From the human T2T-CHM13v2.0 reference genome, Homo sapiens, in NCBI RefSeq assembly GCF_009914755.1, contig NC_060933.1: a stretch of 64,000 nucleotides of DNA; one strand, written 5' to 3'. A program made the translations under genes and the position numbers. The first letter of the stretch is position 1; each line of letters starts with the position of its first letter. Shown here piece by piece: positions 28,260 to 44,456 of the stretch. Under the pieces are notes generated by a model. That model did not search any database. It was given only the letters and a program-made list of their open reading frames with translations, and was not told the DNA's origin.

Positions 28260-29050
28260 GGCATGCTGTAGTACATGCAAAGAGTATCAACTCTGGTTCT
28301 AGATACAATTTGGTTGAAATCTACTACTTAGTAAATTTATGATCTTGGAAAAGCCCTTTAGTTATATTATCAGTTTTTTTCTATGTGAAAAATACTAGAA
28401 CAATTCATCTATAAAATGCCCAGCACAGTTAGTGGCTGCACATAGAAGGTATGCGTAGTGGTTGATCGTGTTCTTTGTCCTAATAAATTGTGCAAGAGAT
28501 AGAATGCTATTTAGAAAAATATACACATTACTCATCAAAAACAACTCTCAGCTGTATTAGCTTGGCATGATTTGTATTCACTAACTTCTTAATTCAATCA
28601 ACATTTCTGAATCCTGATTATAGGACATGTAGCAGAGAAACAACGTAAGCCAAGGCAGAAGGAAATTGTACCCTCCTGAAGAAAACAGTCAAGTGAGAAG
28701 AAAGGGCCATGGATCAAATAATCACACAAATAAAGGTGAAATTACAACTGGGCCGGTGTTGTTGAGGTCAACAGAGATTGCTTGAGGAAATGACAGATCT
28801 GAAGAAGATGAGCAAAATTTAAACACTAAGGAGAAAAACAATTGTAGGTGGGATGAGATAAGACATATTAAAGCAGGCGCAGAAGAAATAAAAATATAAC
28901 GCTTCTAGGTAACGAGCACCTGAGCAGGCAATCCAGTCAGGACAAAATAACAAGCAATGAAATTGTATATCAGGAAATAGTAGCATCATGTAAGCAAAGT
29001 GATAGAAGACTAGATTACATGAAGGCTGTTGCCTTAGGAAAGAATAAAAT
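28260..29050. mobile_element. MIR and L2 fragments
   Basis: TACTACTTAGTA...GATCTTGGAAAAG (MIR); ATTCAATCAACATTTCTGA (L2 3' end, minus strand). Confidence 0.45.
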
Positions 29051-30064
29051 TAGTTATTAGCACACAAGTATTTGAAATGTGTTGTTCTCTGGCTTAGTCT
29101 TAAAGGGGTAAGTGTGTAAAAATGAAAGGATACCTGTCAGACGGAACTAGAAGGGATACTTAATAAAGAGTCCTTGAGGATAGAATGGTGATGATTACTG
29201 ACCTGGGGTTGTTGAACAGAATTAGATAAGGCAGTTGAAGAAGGAACACCCCTGGGAGCAAACACATCAGAACTGGGAGTTGACAGAACAAAAGTACATG
29301 GCTAACTGGCACTACATTTTTTAGTAAATGAAGTACTATTAAGGCATGATTGCATGAATTCAAAACTGAGACAACTTACTATCTACCATATAATGTAATC
29401 CAGCTTGCCTTGCCAGGGGATTTGGCTATTGGTTGGATGTGAGGATTTAAAAAAAAAAGGTTTTTATCTTTCTTTTGCTTAACTTTCTTGTGCATAGATT
29501 ATGAATATTATCACAAAGAATATTATCATAAAATATAATATTTGTAGAAAGTTTAAATTAGGAGAAAGGAATAAGCAGATAATGCTCTAAGGTAGAATGT
29601 TGTCTTTTAAAATGTTAAAAGAACAAATAACATTGGTTTGTATTGTAATGTTAGCTTTTAACAATTTGAAATTATCTCTGCAAAATATATATACAAAAAA
29701 GATAAGGAGAAAATATTAACTACAGTTGTCTTTCAGTGGATGAATACACACACAGATATCTATACATACAAATGTACATAATTTTTAAAAACATATCGAT
29801 ATATATAGATATATAAACATATCTATATATATAGATGTATATAATTTTTAAAAACATTTTATATCTTAAATTTTTATACAACTGGTAGGTAATACTTTTA
29901 TAACTACATGAGTAGTTTTATAACTACAGTAGTAGTTTGTAATACTTTTATAACTACATGAGTAATAAAAAACAAGAAAATATTAAGATTCTATTAAGGC
30001 ATGTAGTTTTCTAGGAGAATGGAACAACATTCAGAAATCTGAAAGTATTTTGTTAAATTGACCT

Positions 30065-30494
30065 TGAGGCAGGAAAAGACCATGGGTCCCTCTGCCTCCC
30101 ATAAAGATTTTTGGGGATTACATCTCTCAGGGGGGAGATGAGGCAGGAAAATAGGGTCTGGAGGCAGGGAACATAAAGCAAATTCACACTTCAACTATAA
30201 CAAGAAATGTTCTCTCCATAGGGCATAAGCTGTAAATGACTGTATAACTTTACTTCATCCTCTCCTTTTACGTAGGGTGTACCCCAAGTAACCAATGGAC
30301 TCTAGTGGATATTTAAACTCCCAGAAATTCTGTCACAAGGCCTTTTGAGCCTCTATGCTCAGGCCCACTCCCACACTGTGGAGTGTACTTTCATTTTCAA
30401 TAAATCCCTTCATTCCTTCCTTGCTTTGTTTGTGTGTTTTGTCTAATTCTTTGTTCAAAACGCCAAGAAGCTGGACCATCCTCCACGATTAATA
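30065..30494 (+). mobile_element. MER61-family ERV1 remnant: 13 bp of 5' LTR, ~60 bp of internal sequence with PPT, and complete 3' LTR (30139-30494)
   Basis: TGAGGCAGGAAAA occurs at 30065 and 30139; PPT AGGGGGGAGA precedes the second; LTR has AATAAA and TTCTTTGTTCAAAACGCCAAGAA end; TSD ACCT/ATCT. Confidence 0.8.
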
Positions 30495-30704
30495 ATCTTA
30501 CCAAAATTTAATTAGGTTACTACTTTGGTAAAAGCTAGACAGACATTCATGACAATTTCAAAAATTTTAAATTAGTTCAAAAAAGCAATGACACTTGTGA
30601 GGATAGTAGCAGAATGCTGAATTCTTAGCTTATTCAATGAAAAAATGTTTTCAAATATCCCTAAAATTGTCTGAATATGTGTTAAGGCATTCGACAACAT
30701 TTAA

Positions 30705-31064
<360 letters not shown>

Positions 31065-31102
31065 CATTATGTCTTGTTGATAATCTTTATGTGTGAATAC
31101 AG

Positions 31103-31195
31103 GCCAACATTTTCTAATTCACCTTTTCACTTGGACATCTGCTACACAAAACATATGGCTCTCTCTGAGAAAATCTGGAGTCCAGATTTTTGCAG
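31103..31195 (+). CDS. Candidate 93-nt internal exon of an unidentified gene
   Basis: TACAG| acceptor (weak pyrimidine tract), consensus donor CAG|GTAAGT, length divisible by 3, two open frames (QHFLIHLFTWTSATQNIWLSLRKSGVQIFA or PTFSNSPFHLDICYTKHMALSEKIWSPDFC). Confidence 0.3.
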
Positions 31196-31404
31196 GTAAG
31201 TTTAGGCTTAACTTTTTGTTTTGCTAAAAACTTTGCTAAGATAAATGCTGTTTAATAAAATAATCTGAAAAATAAAGTCATTATTCATTCTCTCCTCTAT
31301 TTTATGTCCCATCTTTACATAAATTTGATCACCAGGATTTGGTTTACTTTCCTGTAGGAGTTCATTTGTTTGGGTTCCTGTAAAAATATTTTCACTGGAT
31401 TAGG

Positions 31405-31562
31405 GTATAATGCTCCTGGCAGACAGAATTTTGGCTTCTGTGATCTTTGCCCCCCGATGTCTTGCCTGTAGACAGGTTAAATTACATGGCCAAAAGAACT
31501 TTACCAGTGGAATTAAGGTTATAGACCTTAAGACAGTGAGATTATCCAGGATTATCTGGAGA
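31405..31562 (+). mobile_element. MLT1 (D/E-like) LTR 5' fragment
   Basis: TTACATGGCCAAAAGAACTTT...AATTAAGGTT...GAGATTATCCAGGATTATCTGG. Confidence 0.6.
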
Positions 31563-32719
31563 AAAAGTACTATTAAAGATACCAACATATGAAGCTTTCA
31601 CTCTTCTTTCGTAGTTTTCTTCTCATCAGAGTGTCTTCTATTTGCTGTTCAGTGCTGTGCAAGGTAAAGAACAAATAAAATGTTCAGTTAATAAGATATC
31701 TACAGTTGATTCTTCTATTCTGAAATTTGTCTTAAATAGAAAAAGTAGAGCCACAACTAGCCCTGTCATGAAATGACGCTGTGTACATACCACACCCTGA
31801 CACTTCCCAAGACTGTTCCAGCCACCAGCAGGAGTGGAGGGCAGTAACAGACTGGGTGGGAGCATGGCGGGAGGGGCTGGACAGGCTGGGTGCCAGAAAG
31901 CAGGGCAGAAAAGAGGGAACTAAGACATCGCTTAAGGAACTGAGACATGGTGGGAGGCATCCCAGTCACGGGCTATGGCTCTAGGCTCCTAGTGCATGTT
32001 TCATTGTCCAGTTGGTCTTCACAAATAAAACACTTAGAAACTTACAAAATTCAAATGTCATGTTATTGCAGATTTCCACATTATGACCTCAGAGTTTTAA
32101 ACCCCAAGTACAAGAATGTTCTGACAGTGGGACTCAGAGCAACTGCTTTGGTCATATGCCCATGAATCTGACCCCGATAAGAACTGGCCTTAGCACACAC
32201 ATTTCCCTTCTTTTCATGATTATATTGTATATAAAATAATAATTAAGTAAACAAAGAATAAAATAGGAATAGCAAAGAGAATGGAAGGAGGGTCAGCAAT
32301 AGATTACAAATTACAAGTTTTATAACACCTAGTATTACTTAGTGCTTTCTGTGTGCCAGGTATTTCACAGTTGAAATGTCAGGTCACTAATTCAAGTAAA
32401 TAGATAGATTAATAAACTTATTTTATGAATAAGAAACAGGAATTAAGGCTACTTAACACTTCCAAGGACATAGAAGTTATAAGTTGAATCTGATCAATTT
32501 AACACAGAGACTGACCTCTTAAACACGAATTATAATGGCTCTCAAGATGAAATAAGGTGGATAACAGAATAATGAAACTAGCGCATTTTTCCACATTTAG
32601 GAGGAGGGTAAATTGTAACAAATTTCTTAAAGGACAATTTGGCTATAGCTAAAACTTAAACATTTCACATATATTTGCATCTTAAACAATATTTTTAGAA
32701 ATTTATTATTTTAAAAAAT

Positions 32720-33960
32720 CAAGGATGTCATTTGATTTTTCTGTGGCTGCATAATCACATCAAAATTTAGTGGCAACATGCAAGCATTTTGTTTTGTTTG
32801 GACTTGATGTACTTTTCTTTGTATTTTTGGAGTATGCGTTTTGTTGAGTTTTGAATCAGTGGATTTATAGTTTTCATCACATTTGAAAAAGGTTTGAAAA
32901 GTTGTTTCTTCAAACGTTTTTTCTGTCTTCCTCCATCCCCTCTTTGGAGAATCCAATTATATTTACATTAAGCTGCTTAAAGTTAGCTCCGAGCATACTG
33001 ATGATATATTCATTTTTGTCTTTTTTTCTGTTCGTGTTGAATTTTGGATAGTTTTAATGGCTATGTCATAAAACTCACTCATCTTTTTCTTTTTTATTAT
33101 GCATTGACTTAATATGCTGTTATTGACTTCCAAGTTGTTTTTCAACTCAAACACTGTGGTTTTCATCCTTATAATTTCAATTTCAATCATTTTATCATGT
33201 GTTATGATGTGTCATTTCTGGATCTGTCTCAATGGATTGATTTTTTTTTTCATTATAGATTATGCTTTCCTGCTTTATTGCATGTCTGGTAATTTTTTAT
33301 TGGATGTCAAACATTGTGTATTTTACCTTGTTGGGAGCTAGATTTTTTTTGTAATTCTATATTCTTGAGCCTTGTTCTAGGATATGGTTACTTTCAAAAC
33401 ATTTTGACATTTTTTAATCTTACTATTAATGAAAATTAGGAGATATCTCATCAGGTTTTATTCTACAGCTATCTTTTCTTCCCTACAGAGGCAAAATGTT
33501 TCTGAATATTCTATCCAATATTTTGTGAATTATGAATTTTTCTACACTGGGGGGTAGATACTTGAACTACATTTGTTCCTGTGTGAACTCTAGATATTAC
33601 TCCTTCTAATCATTCATGTGGTCCTCTCTCTAGCTGCAGATAATTTTCTCACATGTACATGTTGATCCTTAATCAGCAGATGATTCTAGGGGAATCTCTT
33701 GCAGATTTCCAGTGTTCTCCCTGTGTGTAGCTCTCTACTCTGGATTTTGCCCAGCAAAACGCAGCTCTTATGATCTCCTTAGACTCCCAGATTCATCTTC
33801 TCAGTTCAAGGAGGCTACTGGACTCCATCGGGTTTCTCTCTATGTCATATCCTGAAAATCTTTCTAGGATCTAAGTTAGAGTAATTATAAGACTCTTCTT
33901 GTTTGTTTCCTCTTTCTCAGGTATCATTTTCTAACATACAATGACTTCAAAATCATTGTT
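32720..33960 (-). mobile_element. Ancient L1M fragment (5'/ORF1 region)
   Basis: T-rich reverse-strand L1 motifs ATAGTTTTCATCACATTTGAAAA, TTTTTTATTGGATGTCAAACATTGTG. Confidence 0.55.
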
Positions 33961-34029
33961 TTATATATATATAAAATATAATATATATAAAAAATATATA
34001 CATATAACTAAATTTTTTCCAAGCACATG

Positions 34030-34560
34030 ACTACATCTTGGCCAAAATTATTTCACTTTTTTGTTATTTGTGGATTAAGAATTCTGGAATAGCTCATCTA
34101 GACATTTTATCTTTTATCTACATGATGTTAGTGGGGATTGCTGAGCTGGAGATTCTAATTTCAACATGGTATCTCACTAACATGTGTGAATCCTTGATTT
34201 TCTTTGACCTATCTCTTCTTCCCTTCTTTCCTCTCTTCCTCTATCTGGCATCTCATATTTTAGTGCATCTTTGTATGGCTTGATTTTCTCACATCATGGT
34301 GGATTTGGGATTGTGGACTGCTTGCAAGGTAGCTCAAGCTCCAGGAGATCAAAGTGGAACCTGCAGAATTTCTTCTGACTAGACACAAAACACACAACAG
34401 CAAAATTAATTTCTGCCTTATTCTGTTTGTTACCAGTGAATTACAGAGCCTGCAAAAATTCAAGTGGATGAGATGACACAAGGACATGAATACTAAGAAA
34501 TGTGTCCCATTGGGCTGTAGAAAATTATTTTACAGACTGATTATCACTGGTACAATAAGG
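34030..34560 (-). mobile_element. MLT1-type LTR
   Basis: TTTGTGGATTAAGAATTCTGG...TTCTCACATCATGGTGG...CTTATTCTGTTTGTTACCAG. Confidence 0.5.
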
Positions 34561-35904
34561 GATACAACTACAAAAGTGTTTACTACTGTTTATATTAAGA
34601 GAAAACAGCAAAAAAGAAAGCAACCAGAGGAACCTGGCTGTTGTCTGAATTATGAGCTATTTACAAAATATTATTTTGCAATATTTCAATATGTTATTAC
34701 AGATGTATATGTAGATTTAATATTTAAAATGTGGAGGATTGCTCATATACTCATTTCCAAATAAATGCTGGTAGAGTATCAAAACAGGGTTTGTTTATTT
34801 TTTTTTTACATTTTTCTTCGTTCACTTTGAACATTTCTATGTTGAGCATGTAGTAAAATAAAAAGATGTATTTGAAAGTCTGTTATTCCTCTATCATTCA
34901 AAAATAACTGGTTAAAAGCCTCCAATTTACTACTTGTTTCATTTTGAAGAAATATTCCACAATTTAATACTTCTGTAAATTTTGCCTAATGCAATGCCTA
35001 GCACATCAATTAATACTTGATAAATGTATGAACAAGGCAGCGATAAAAGAATACATCATATTTTCCTTTTCACTTGGTTTCTGGATATTCAGAAATAAAT
35101 TTGCCTTTGATTACAGTAGGATTAGTCTAGGTAGTCAAAATATTCCCTCTCTCACAGGTCTTTTTAAAAATTTATTTTAAAATTTACTTTAATTATCTAA
35201 TTCTATATTGAATTGAAATCTGTTTCAATTATATTTTTTAATTTTATGAATAAGAGGAAGGTAGATAGCTAGTTAATTTATAAAAAATTAAGAAATACCC
35301 TAAGCAAGATGTTTGATTTTATTTTGAAGACGATTAATTACTTAGAAAATCCAAGGTATACATAAAACAATTTAGATAATCCCAAACCAAATAGTCATTG
35401 TTTATAAAATGCTGTTGATTTCCTAATATAAGTCCCATAAGTAAATTTTTCGTTTGACCTTGAATTCAGTCCCATGCTGCTTAAATTCTTTCAATTCCAT
35501 TTTAGATTATGTATACATAAGAATAGCCTACATTTTGAGATAGTCATTCATTATGGTGATCACTCTCTCTTGTGCAATACATGATTTGAGGATCCTTCTA
35601 CAGTACATGCATAAACAATATTTTCATAATCTACAGAGGTATGATTTACAAGGGTTCAATATTATGGGATCTGTGGAGATCTATATTCAGTATACAAAGA
35701 GACTCATATATATGTACTCGAATTCAACATAAGTCCTAGAAAGAAATGACCGACAGTCTCCTTGTGTTGCTGAAACTTTGCTGTCAACATCGAAATAGAA
35801 TTTATTGGTTCGAATGGCAATCACCAAAGGGGATCATAATCAATTACACAGATGAAAAATGAACTGTGTCAATCTTTTAGAAAAAAAATATTTCTTTTTG
35901 AAGT

Positions 35905-36196
35905 GAGGCAGGAGAGACAGGGTGTCACTCTGTCAAACCAGGCTGGAGTGCAGGAGTGCAATCTTTGCTCACCGCAGCCTTGACTGCCTGTGCTCGAGCA
36001 ACCTTCCTGCCTCAGGCCCCCAAGTAGCTGGGACGATAGGCATATGTCACCATGCCCAGCTAATTTTTCTATTTTTTGTAGAGACGGGGTTTTGCCGTGT
36101 TGCCCAGGCTGGTCTCGAACTCCTGGGCTCAAGCAATCCTCCTGCCTCAGCCTCCCAGAGTTCTGAGATTACAAGGGTGAGCCACCGTGCCCGGCC
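35905..36196 (-). mobile_element. AluJ
   Basis: GAACTCCTGGGCTCAAGCAATCCTCCTGCC and CAGCCTTGAC J-type diagnostics. Confidence 0.9.
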
Positions 36197-36217
36197 AATA
36201 TTTTATTTTACGATTAG

Positions 36218-36647
<430 letters not shown>

Positions 36648-38392
36648 TAATTGGGTTTCAGTTATAAGTTTAGAGAGAATGACAAAGCAAGTTATGTCGT
36701 ATTTATATAAATCTCTGAGCACAGCTATAAACTGTATATAATTTCTAGTATAAATGTGTAAATGTCATTATTCCCTGTTCCACATCTATGATGTCATGGG
36801 AACTTGGGCAAGTCACAAAAACTTTTGTCTTGGTTTAACTTTTCCATAAAAAAGAAGCTTGGAGTAGACAAACTGTAGAATCCTTGTTGAATCAAAAATT
36901 CCAAAATTTCTAGAACTAATTGTTTTAAGTAATCCTGCCATTCCTCATTTTTAATGCAATGTATTGTTACTTGAAAGCTAAGTAATAGCAGTGTCAAGAG
37001 GATATATTGCCCACAACCCATCAAATAAAACTTAAATGAGGGTTTCTCTGTAGAATCACTGTAGGAATTAGGAAATAAAGAAGGTAAAACAGATATAGAG
37101 ACCCATGTTTTCATATTCCCTATACTGTTGATCTTGGAAAAGCCCTAGTAATTAATTAACATTCTCTAACATGTACATGTGTGCTTATATGTGTACATGT
37201 GTGTGTGTTTGTGGTGTGTGTGTGTGAGAGAGAGACAAAAAGGGGAGAGAATCTACTAAATGAAATAATATGTTGTAAAATTTGTTATTGATTTAATGAT
37301 TATCTTCTTAAAAATTTTACTTTTCAGATGCAATGTTGGAATTAACATTTAGATAACAGTTCACCCAATTGAAAATGAACATAAAATTACATGCATTACA
37401 CATGACATGCAAGTGTTTCTCTCTGACTTTTGTATAGTAAAATGTTTTCTGTAACTTGCATTTCATCTGTCAGTTCTTACTTATGAATGTATTTTTTTTT
37501 TGGTATTGATGCCTTTCTTTACTTCTTTTTTTTACCTAGCAATAAGCTGCATGTTCACGTTTGATTGTCATTGACTACCCAACTAGTGTTCAAATGCCTG
37601 TTATATAGCCAGCAGAGCATACAATTATTAGAGTTTTTTGTCCCTTAATTGGCCAAAACTGCAACATCTGTCATTTTTGTGGGAATCAAATTTCAGCTTC
37701 AAAAGCAGCGTGAACAGTCTGGCACAGCCACATCAGTATGACTTCTGTTTAATCTACTTGCTCATCCTCCCACTCTTCACTATCACCATCTCTTCTTCAA
37801 AGCTCCCTTTCTTCACAAAGTTTCTTTTCACCTTATTGGACTCACTACTGAATCCTTTCTGGCTGTTGATTCTGCAGAGTGTGCTGGCTTACCATTTCAA
37901 GGTCATTCATAATTGTGTCTAGAATTTTTGTATCCTTAAAGGTAAAATGCTCTGCTAAATATCACATTGGCATCCTGAGAACTAAAATTTAACCAGTAAT
38001 AAGTGGATCACTTAAAAAGAGGTGACCATAGGAACAGCATAGAACCTTTCTGGTGCCATGGGATTTTTTTGCATTTCAGCCTCTGAAGATTCATTCTTGG
38101 CTACTCCTTCTGGAATTGAATCTGCCCAAATGGATGAGGTCTGAGGTGAAATAAAAATGAAGGTAAGATATTACAGAAGCATGAACCTAAAATATCTTCC
38201 ATGTTTGATAAAATCCCTTGAGAGAATTGTAATGTTAGTGCTACTTTTCTCCCCCTTTCTCTTATCAACTGGAAAGGCACTTTCACTTTCTGTTATTACA
38301 GTACCATACCCTCTAGTCACAATGACACAAATAACAAAAACAGCACCATGCCCTTTCTTTTGTCCCTATCCTTTGACAAAGTTCACAAATAA

Positions 38393-38802
<410 letters not shown>

Positions 38803-40137
38803 AAAATTCACTGTACTTTTGAGCAAAATATAGTACAAAAATGTTACTCTTTAGTATTAGAGAATGAATAAAGTTTTCCCAAATAGATAGGGGATACAGC
38901 CAGGGAAACACAAAGAAAAGGTAATTTTGGATTAGTGTAAATAGATTCCCTCCCCCCAAATTATTCCCTTAATTTGACTTAAGGGTCAAGACAATTAATC
39001 ATTCTGAGATGTGTTTTCCCTGTTTATGTACTGGAGATTCTAAATATAAAAATAAGGTAAAATAAGTAGAAGACTTTCTGCAATGTATATATGAAATTTA
39101 GTTTTAAAAGTGAAGCTGGGGACATGGAATTCAGTACATAAAATCAATGAATAAAAATAGTAAAAGAACTGGTAGAATAATGGCATACTTTTTCCATATC
39201 AGCTCATCATTGAGAATAACTGAAAAATCCAAAAAGTATCTCCTTGAAGACATCAGAGGTACACCAAAACATCCGGGGCTTGAAGAGCAAAAATCACAAA
39301 GAAAAGAAAAGAATTTTGAAACAGATTTTAATTATTCAATATTTTCCCCCACAAGGCTCTCATCATTTTGAAAGGGATAATTTCCGAGGGATAAAATCCA
39401 AGGAGAAAGTGGTGGCAATAGCTGATAAGCAGATATTAACTTTCCACAATGCTGTGGGTCAGGAAAACAAAATTCGAGTTTCTGGGCCACCAACTCAGTG
39501 AAAACTAATATGTTAAAGTGAAACAAAGCACTTTGAAATGAGCCCAGGATTTGAAGGCACTTTTTAAAGTCCAGACATTTCTTGGTTTCTAAGTGGTACT
39601 GAAACAACAAGCTTAACACCAAGAGAGTGATGGCTAATAGGCTAGGAAGCAGAGGAGAGCTTTCAGGAATTTTCTAGTGCCGAGTGGAAAAAAAAAATGT
39701 ACATGAGAGCCGAGTATGTACTGGAAGTCTTGATAGATAGCACAAACAACACACACACACACACACACACGATCCTGCAGTGCTACAAATAAGAGTAAGA
39801 GTGGATTGGAAATAAACTAGTCATAACAAAATATCAAGTATGGAGTATAGCTGGGACCAAACTTAATCCCAAAATGAAATAAATTAATCTGCACAACTGA
39901 CTACATCTAACAACGTGATATAACAATATTTTTCAAGAGAAAGAGAACTGTATTTATAGTCTCAGTTTCTTTTCATTTAAAATGACCAATAATATATATA
40001 TTTTTAAGTACTGGGATGACAGAAGATAAAATCAAAGTAATAAAAAGTGAGAAAAGTAAACAAGCAAACACATGGAATCTAACTAAGAAGTGATCTAAAA
40101 ATTGTACTTATCAGAGAAAAAGAAAAAAAAAAGATGA

Positions 40138-40490
40138 TGATATGGTTTGGATTTGTGTCCCCATCCAAATCTCATGTCAGATGGGAGGAGTGGACTGGTG
40201 GGAGGTGATTGGATCATAGGGGTAGATTTCTCCCTTGCTGTTCTCATGATAGTGAGTGAGTTCTCATGAGGACTGATGGTTTAAAAGTGTGTGGCATTTT
40301 CTCCTCTCTCTCCTCCCATGGCGTAAGACATGCTTGCTTCCCCTTTGCCTTCCACCATGATTATAAGTTTACTGAGGCCTCCCAGCCGTGCTTCCTTACA
40401 GCTTGTGGAACTGTGAGTCAATTAAATCTCTTTTCTTCCTAAATCACCCAGTCTCAGCTATTTATAGCAATGTGAGAACAGACTTATACA
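40138..40490 (+). mobile_element. MSTA (MaLR) solo LTR
   Basis: TGATATGGTTTGGATTTGTGTCCCC...GCAATGTGAGAACAGACTTATACA; perfect TSD GATGA. Confidence 0.92.
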
Positions 40491-41455
40491 GATGACATGA
40501 AGGATATTTTCATTTAATGTAGATACACTAGAAGACTTACCCACAGATTAGACATAAAAGAAGAGGGGATCACTGTATCAGGAGAAAATATCCAGAAGAA
40601 AAATATTCAAATGTAGAGAATAAAGGTTGTAATGTACTTACAAGAGCCTAATATGTATATAAAAATGGTGAAAGTCTTTCATAAGTGTAACTGGAGACAC
40701 AGAGGGGAGAAAAAAATACAAAGCAGAAACATTTTTGGAAGATCTAAAGGCCAAAAATTTTCTAGATCTGAAGAAAGTAGAAGAACCCAAATTTAAGGGG
40801 CTCTTCAAACTCAAGGTAAGATAAATACAAAGAAAGTCACTGCCAGAACCATCAGAGTAAAAGTAAAACCAGTGACAAAAGAAAACCATAAAGTCATCAA
40901 GTGGGGAGCAAAAGACACATTACCTTCAAATGAGCAAAGGTTATTCTGACAGCTGAATTCACAGCAAAAATGATGGGATTCTGGAGGTAATAAAATAACA
41001 TCATCCAAGTCCTGAAAGAAAATAACGATCAGGCTAGAATTCTAAAACTAATAAAATGTATCCTTCAAAATTAAAATGTAGTAAAAAAAGTAATAGATTA
41101 TATGTTAATCAGATATGAACCTGAAGAAAGAGATGCTTATTGAGGTCTCCTGGGGAACTAATTGTAATCTAGGATATATACAAAAGAATTAAAAGCTATT
41201 AAAATATCAATATATTAGGAAACATAAATGAGAATTTGCTGTATTGAATAGCAGTAACATCTTGTCAAGTTTAAAATATGAGTAGAGTAAAAATATATGA
41301 AAACAGTGATACAACATGTGAAAGGAGATAAAAGAAATAGCGTTCTAAGCTTCTTATGTCATCCCAAAATTGGTAAAGGTCATATTTTATGTCAGTGTCA
41401 AATAAAAAAGAAATGAAACTTATAGTCTGTTGGGTAACCAATAAGCATGGAACTG

Positions 41456-41493
<38 letters not shown>

Positions 41494-41702
41494 TACATAT
41501 ATAAACAGACACACACACACCTCTAATAAGAAAACCAAGAATGATTCTTTTTGAAAAATCACTTATGGAGAGAGAAAAAGGACATAGAATAGGCAAGACA
41601 AGTAGATTATGGATTTTAACTAAAATAAGTTAGTAAATATATCAAATATAAATTTTCAAATATTCCAGTTTAGGGAAGATTTTTATTAGCATATATAGAT
41701 AG

Positions 41703-42012
<310 letters not shown>

Positions 42013-44456
42013 TTTTATCAACTTACATTAAAACAAAGAATGTTGGTTATGTTTTTAAAACAGACATCTTAAAAAAGTAAGAATGGAGAAAATTAAAAAG
42101 TAGAAGTGTGAACAAGTCATACTACACATAAAATATCAAAAAATCTTATTAAAATATCTCAATATCAAGCAAATTAAATGTTAAGACAAATTTATTATAA
42201 GACATTATGAGATATATTTCATAGAGATAAAAAAAACATTTCACTGAGTATAAATAGCAATTGTACTATAGCCCTGTAAACATACTGCTAAATATAAAAA
42301 GCAACACTTTATAGGATGAGGAGAAATAGAAAAATCAACAACAGCAAATGAGATTTAACACATTTTTCTCAGTAACTTAGAGAAAATATATTAAGAATTC
42401 AGTAAGGATATAGAAGATTTTTTTAAAAAGTAAAAGTTTTTATTGAATTGCCATTTATAAAACACTGTGCATAGCAATTTCTTTTCATATTCATGTGAAA
42501 CATATCTCCAAATAATCCTAGAACATATATAGGTTCTAGAACCTAAATCTAATCTCATCAAATTTCAAAGAATAAAAAGCTTACAGATAATTGTCTGTCT
42601 CTACTCCTGAAAGCACATAGAAATGGGTAAGAAAATAACAAGAAATCCGTAATTATTAGGAAAGTTAACAACACATTTATAAATAATCCATGGTCTAAAG
42701 AATCAATAACAATTAGAATTAGACAATATATTAATTGAAAGATAATGAAAAAATGTTATATCAATACCTATACAATGCTACAAATCAAGTGTTTAGAGGA
42801 AAATTTACATCCATAAACAAATTTGTGAAAATGAATGGCTGAAAACTAATATATTGAGGAGTGTATTGATCTCAAAAACTAAAGGTATTAGAAAATATTA
42901 AATAACAAAGAAAATAGCAAAACAAACTAAATTGTACTCATGTAACCAAATACCACCTGTTTCCCACAAAACTATGGAAATAAGTATAAAAATAACAATA
43001 AACTATAATACAAATGTAAAATAAGTATCAACAAAGCCCAAAGTTGTTTTTTAAAAAAAGAATGAAATTAATAAACCAGTGGCAAATATGATAAGAAAGA
43101 GAAAGGCAGAAATTAATATCAGGAAAGAAAAAAAGAAAAAAGTATCACCATTATACATTTTTTAGGTATTAATCAGAAAGTTGTAGGATATTATGAAAAA
43201 TTATTTTCAAATGAAATGAATTTTAAATGAAATGACAGTCTTTCTAGAAAACACCACAAAATCCATTCAAAAGAACTACAATGAAAATAGTTTTGTATTT
43301 ATTAACTTAATTATACACTTAATAATAAATATTTACACACACTAAAAAAAATCTAGACACAGAAAACTCTATCATTGAGTTCCACTAATTATTTAAGGAA
43401 GGGATAACTAACACCAATTTACACAAACTCTTCTAGAAAATAAATAGGAAAAGGCTTTCCAGCTTATGAAGAAATATTTAAAGCTTACTCCTTGAAATGA
43501 GAAAAGAATATAAAGATGTTTAGTATCACCGTAATTAACACTGTACTGAAATACCTACAAAAAATAAAAAGCCACATAAATTGTATATATATGTATCATA
43601 ACTTATACCTTCATAACCAGAAAAAAGTGGGTCAAAGCACGTTTAATAATATTCCTTGAATCCATCAAAAAACTGGAGTCACATGGCAAACAACTAACCT
43701 CAAATTCAGAATGGGACAGATACCTGAATAGAAACAAACTATTTACTTGGAACACAAGCTGCTGAATACCATATAAACTGATAAAAACATAAGCTTTTTT
43801 TTTTAACAAAACTCACTCCAAATATAAAAACATAGGCTAAAAACTAAAGGCTGTAAAAGGAATATACCATACAAACACTAACTCCGAGAACAGATATAGT
43901 TATATTAGTATCAGAAAAAATAAATTTCAGAAAAAAAAATATGATCAGGGATAAAGAGAGTCATTACATACTGATAAAAGGGATAGTTTTTCAAAAAGAT
44001 ATAGTAATTCTAAACGTAAGTGTATCTAACAATAGAATTTCAAAACACACGTGACAAAAATGGATTTGGAAAGGCAAATTGATAAATTTATGGTTGGCAA
44101 CTGCAATACCTTTCCTCAGTATTTGACAGAACAAATGAGTATTAGGCCAATAAGAATGTAGATGACCTGAATAAAACTGTCAACCAACTTGAGCTAATTC
44201 ATATTTTTAGAACACTCTACTCAATAACAGCTGAACACACATTCTTTCCCAGTGCTCAAAGAGCATATACACGACATTCCACTAAAATTTTGATCTGCTC
44301 CCAGAAATAAGCCCGATAAACAAACTTTCCCAAGTCAACAATATATTACACAAAATAGTTTTCAGTAAACTAACGTCCTCACAAAACTCTGCCAGATACA
44401 TGGAAAATTATTTCAAAAATAGAAATGAGCAAAAGAAGTGAGTGATATACAATAAT

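Noticed and set aside
43669-43684. 16-bp match AAAACTGGAGTCACAT to the Alu TSD at 6465
   Set aside because: Isolated short match with no extension; treated as coincidence.
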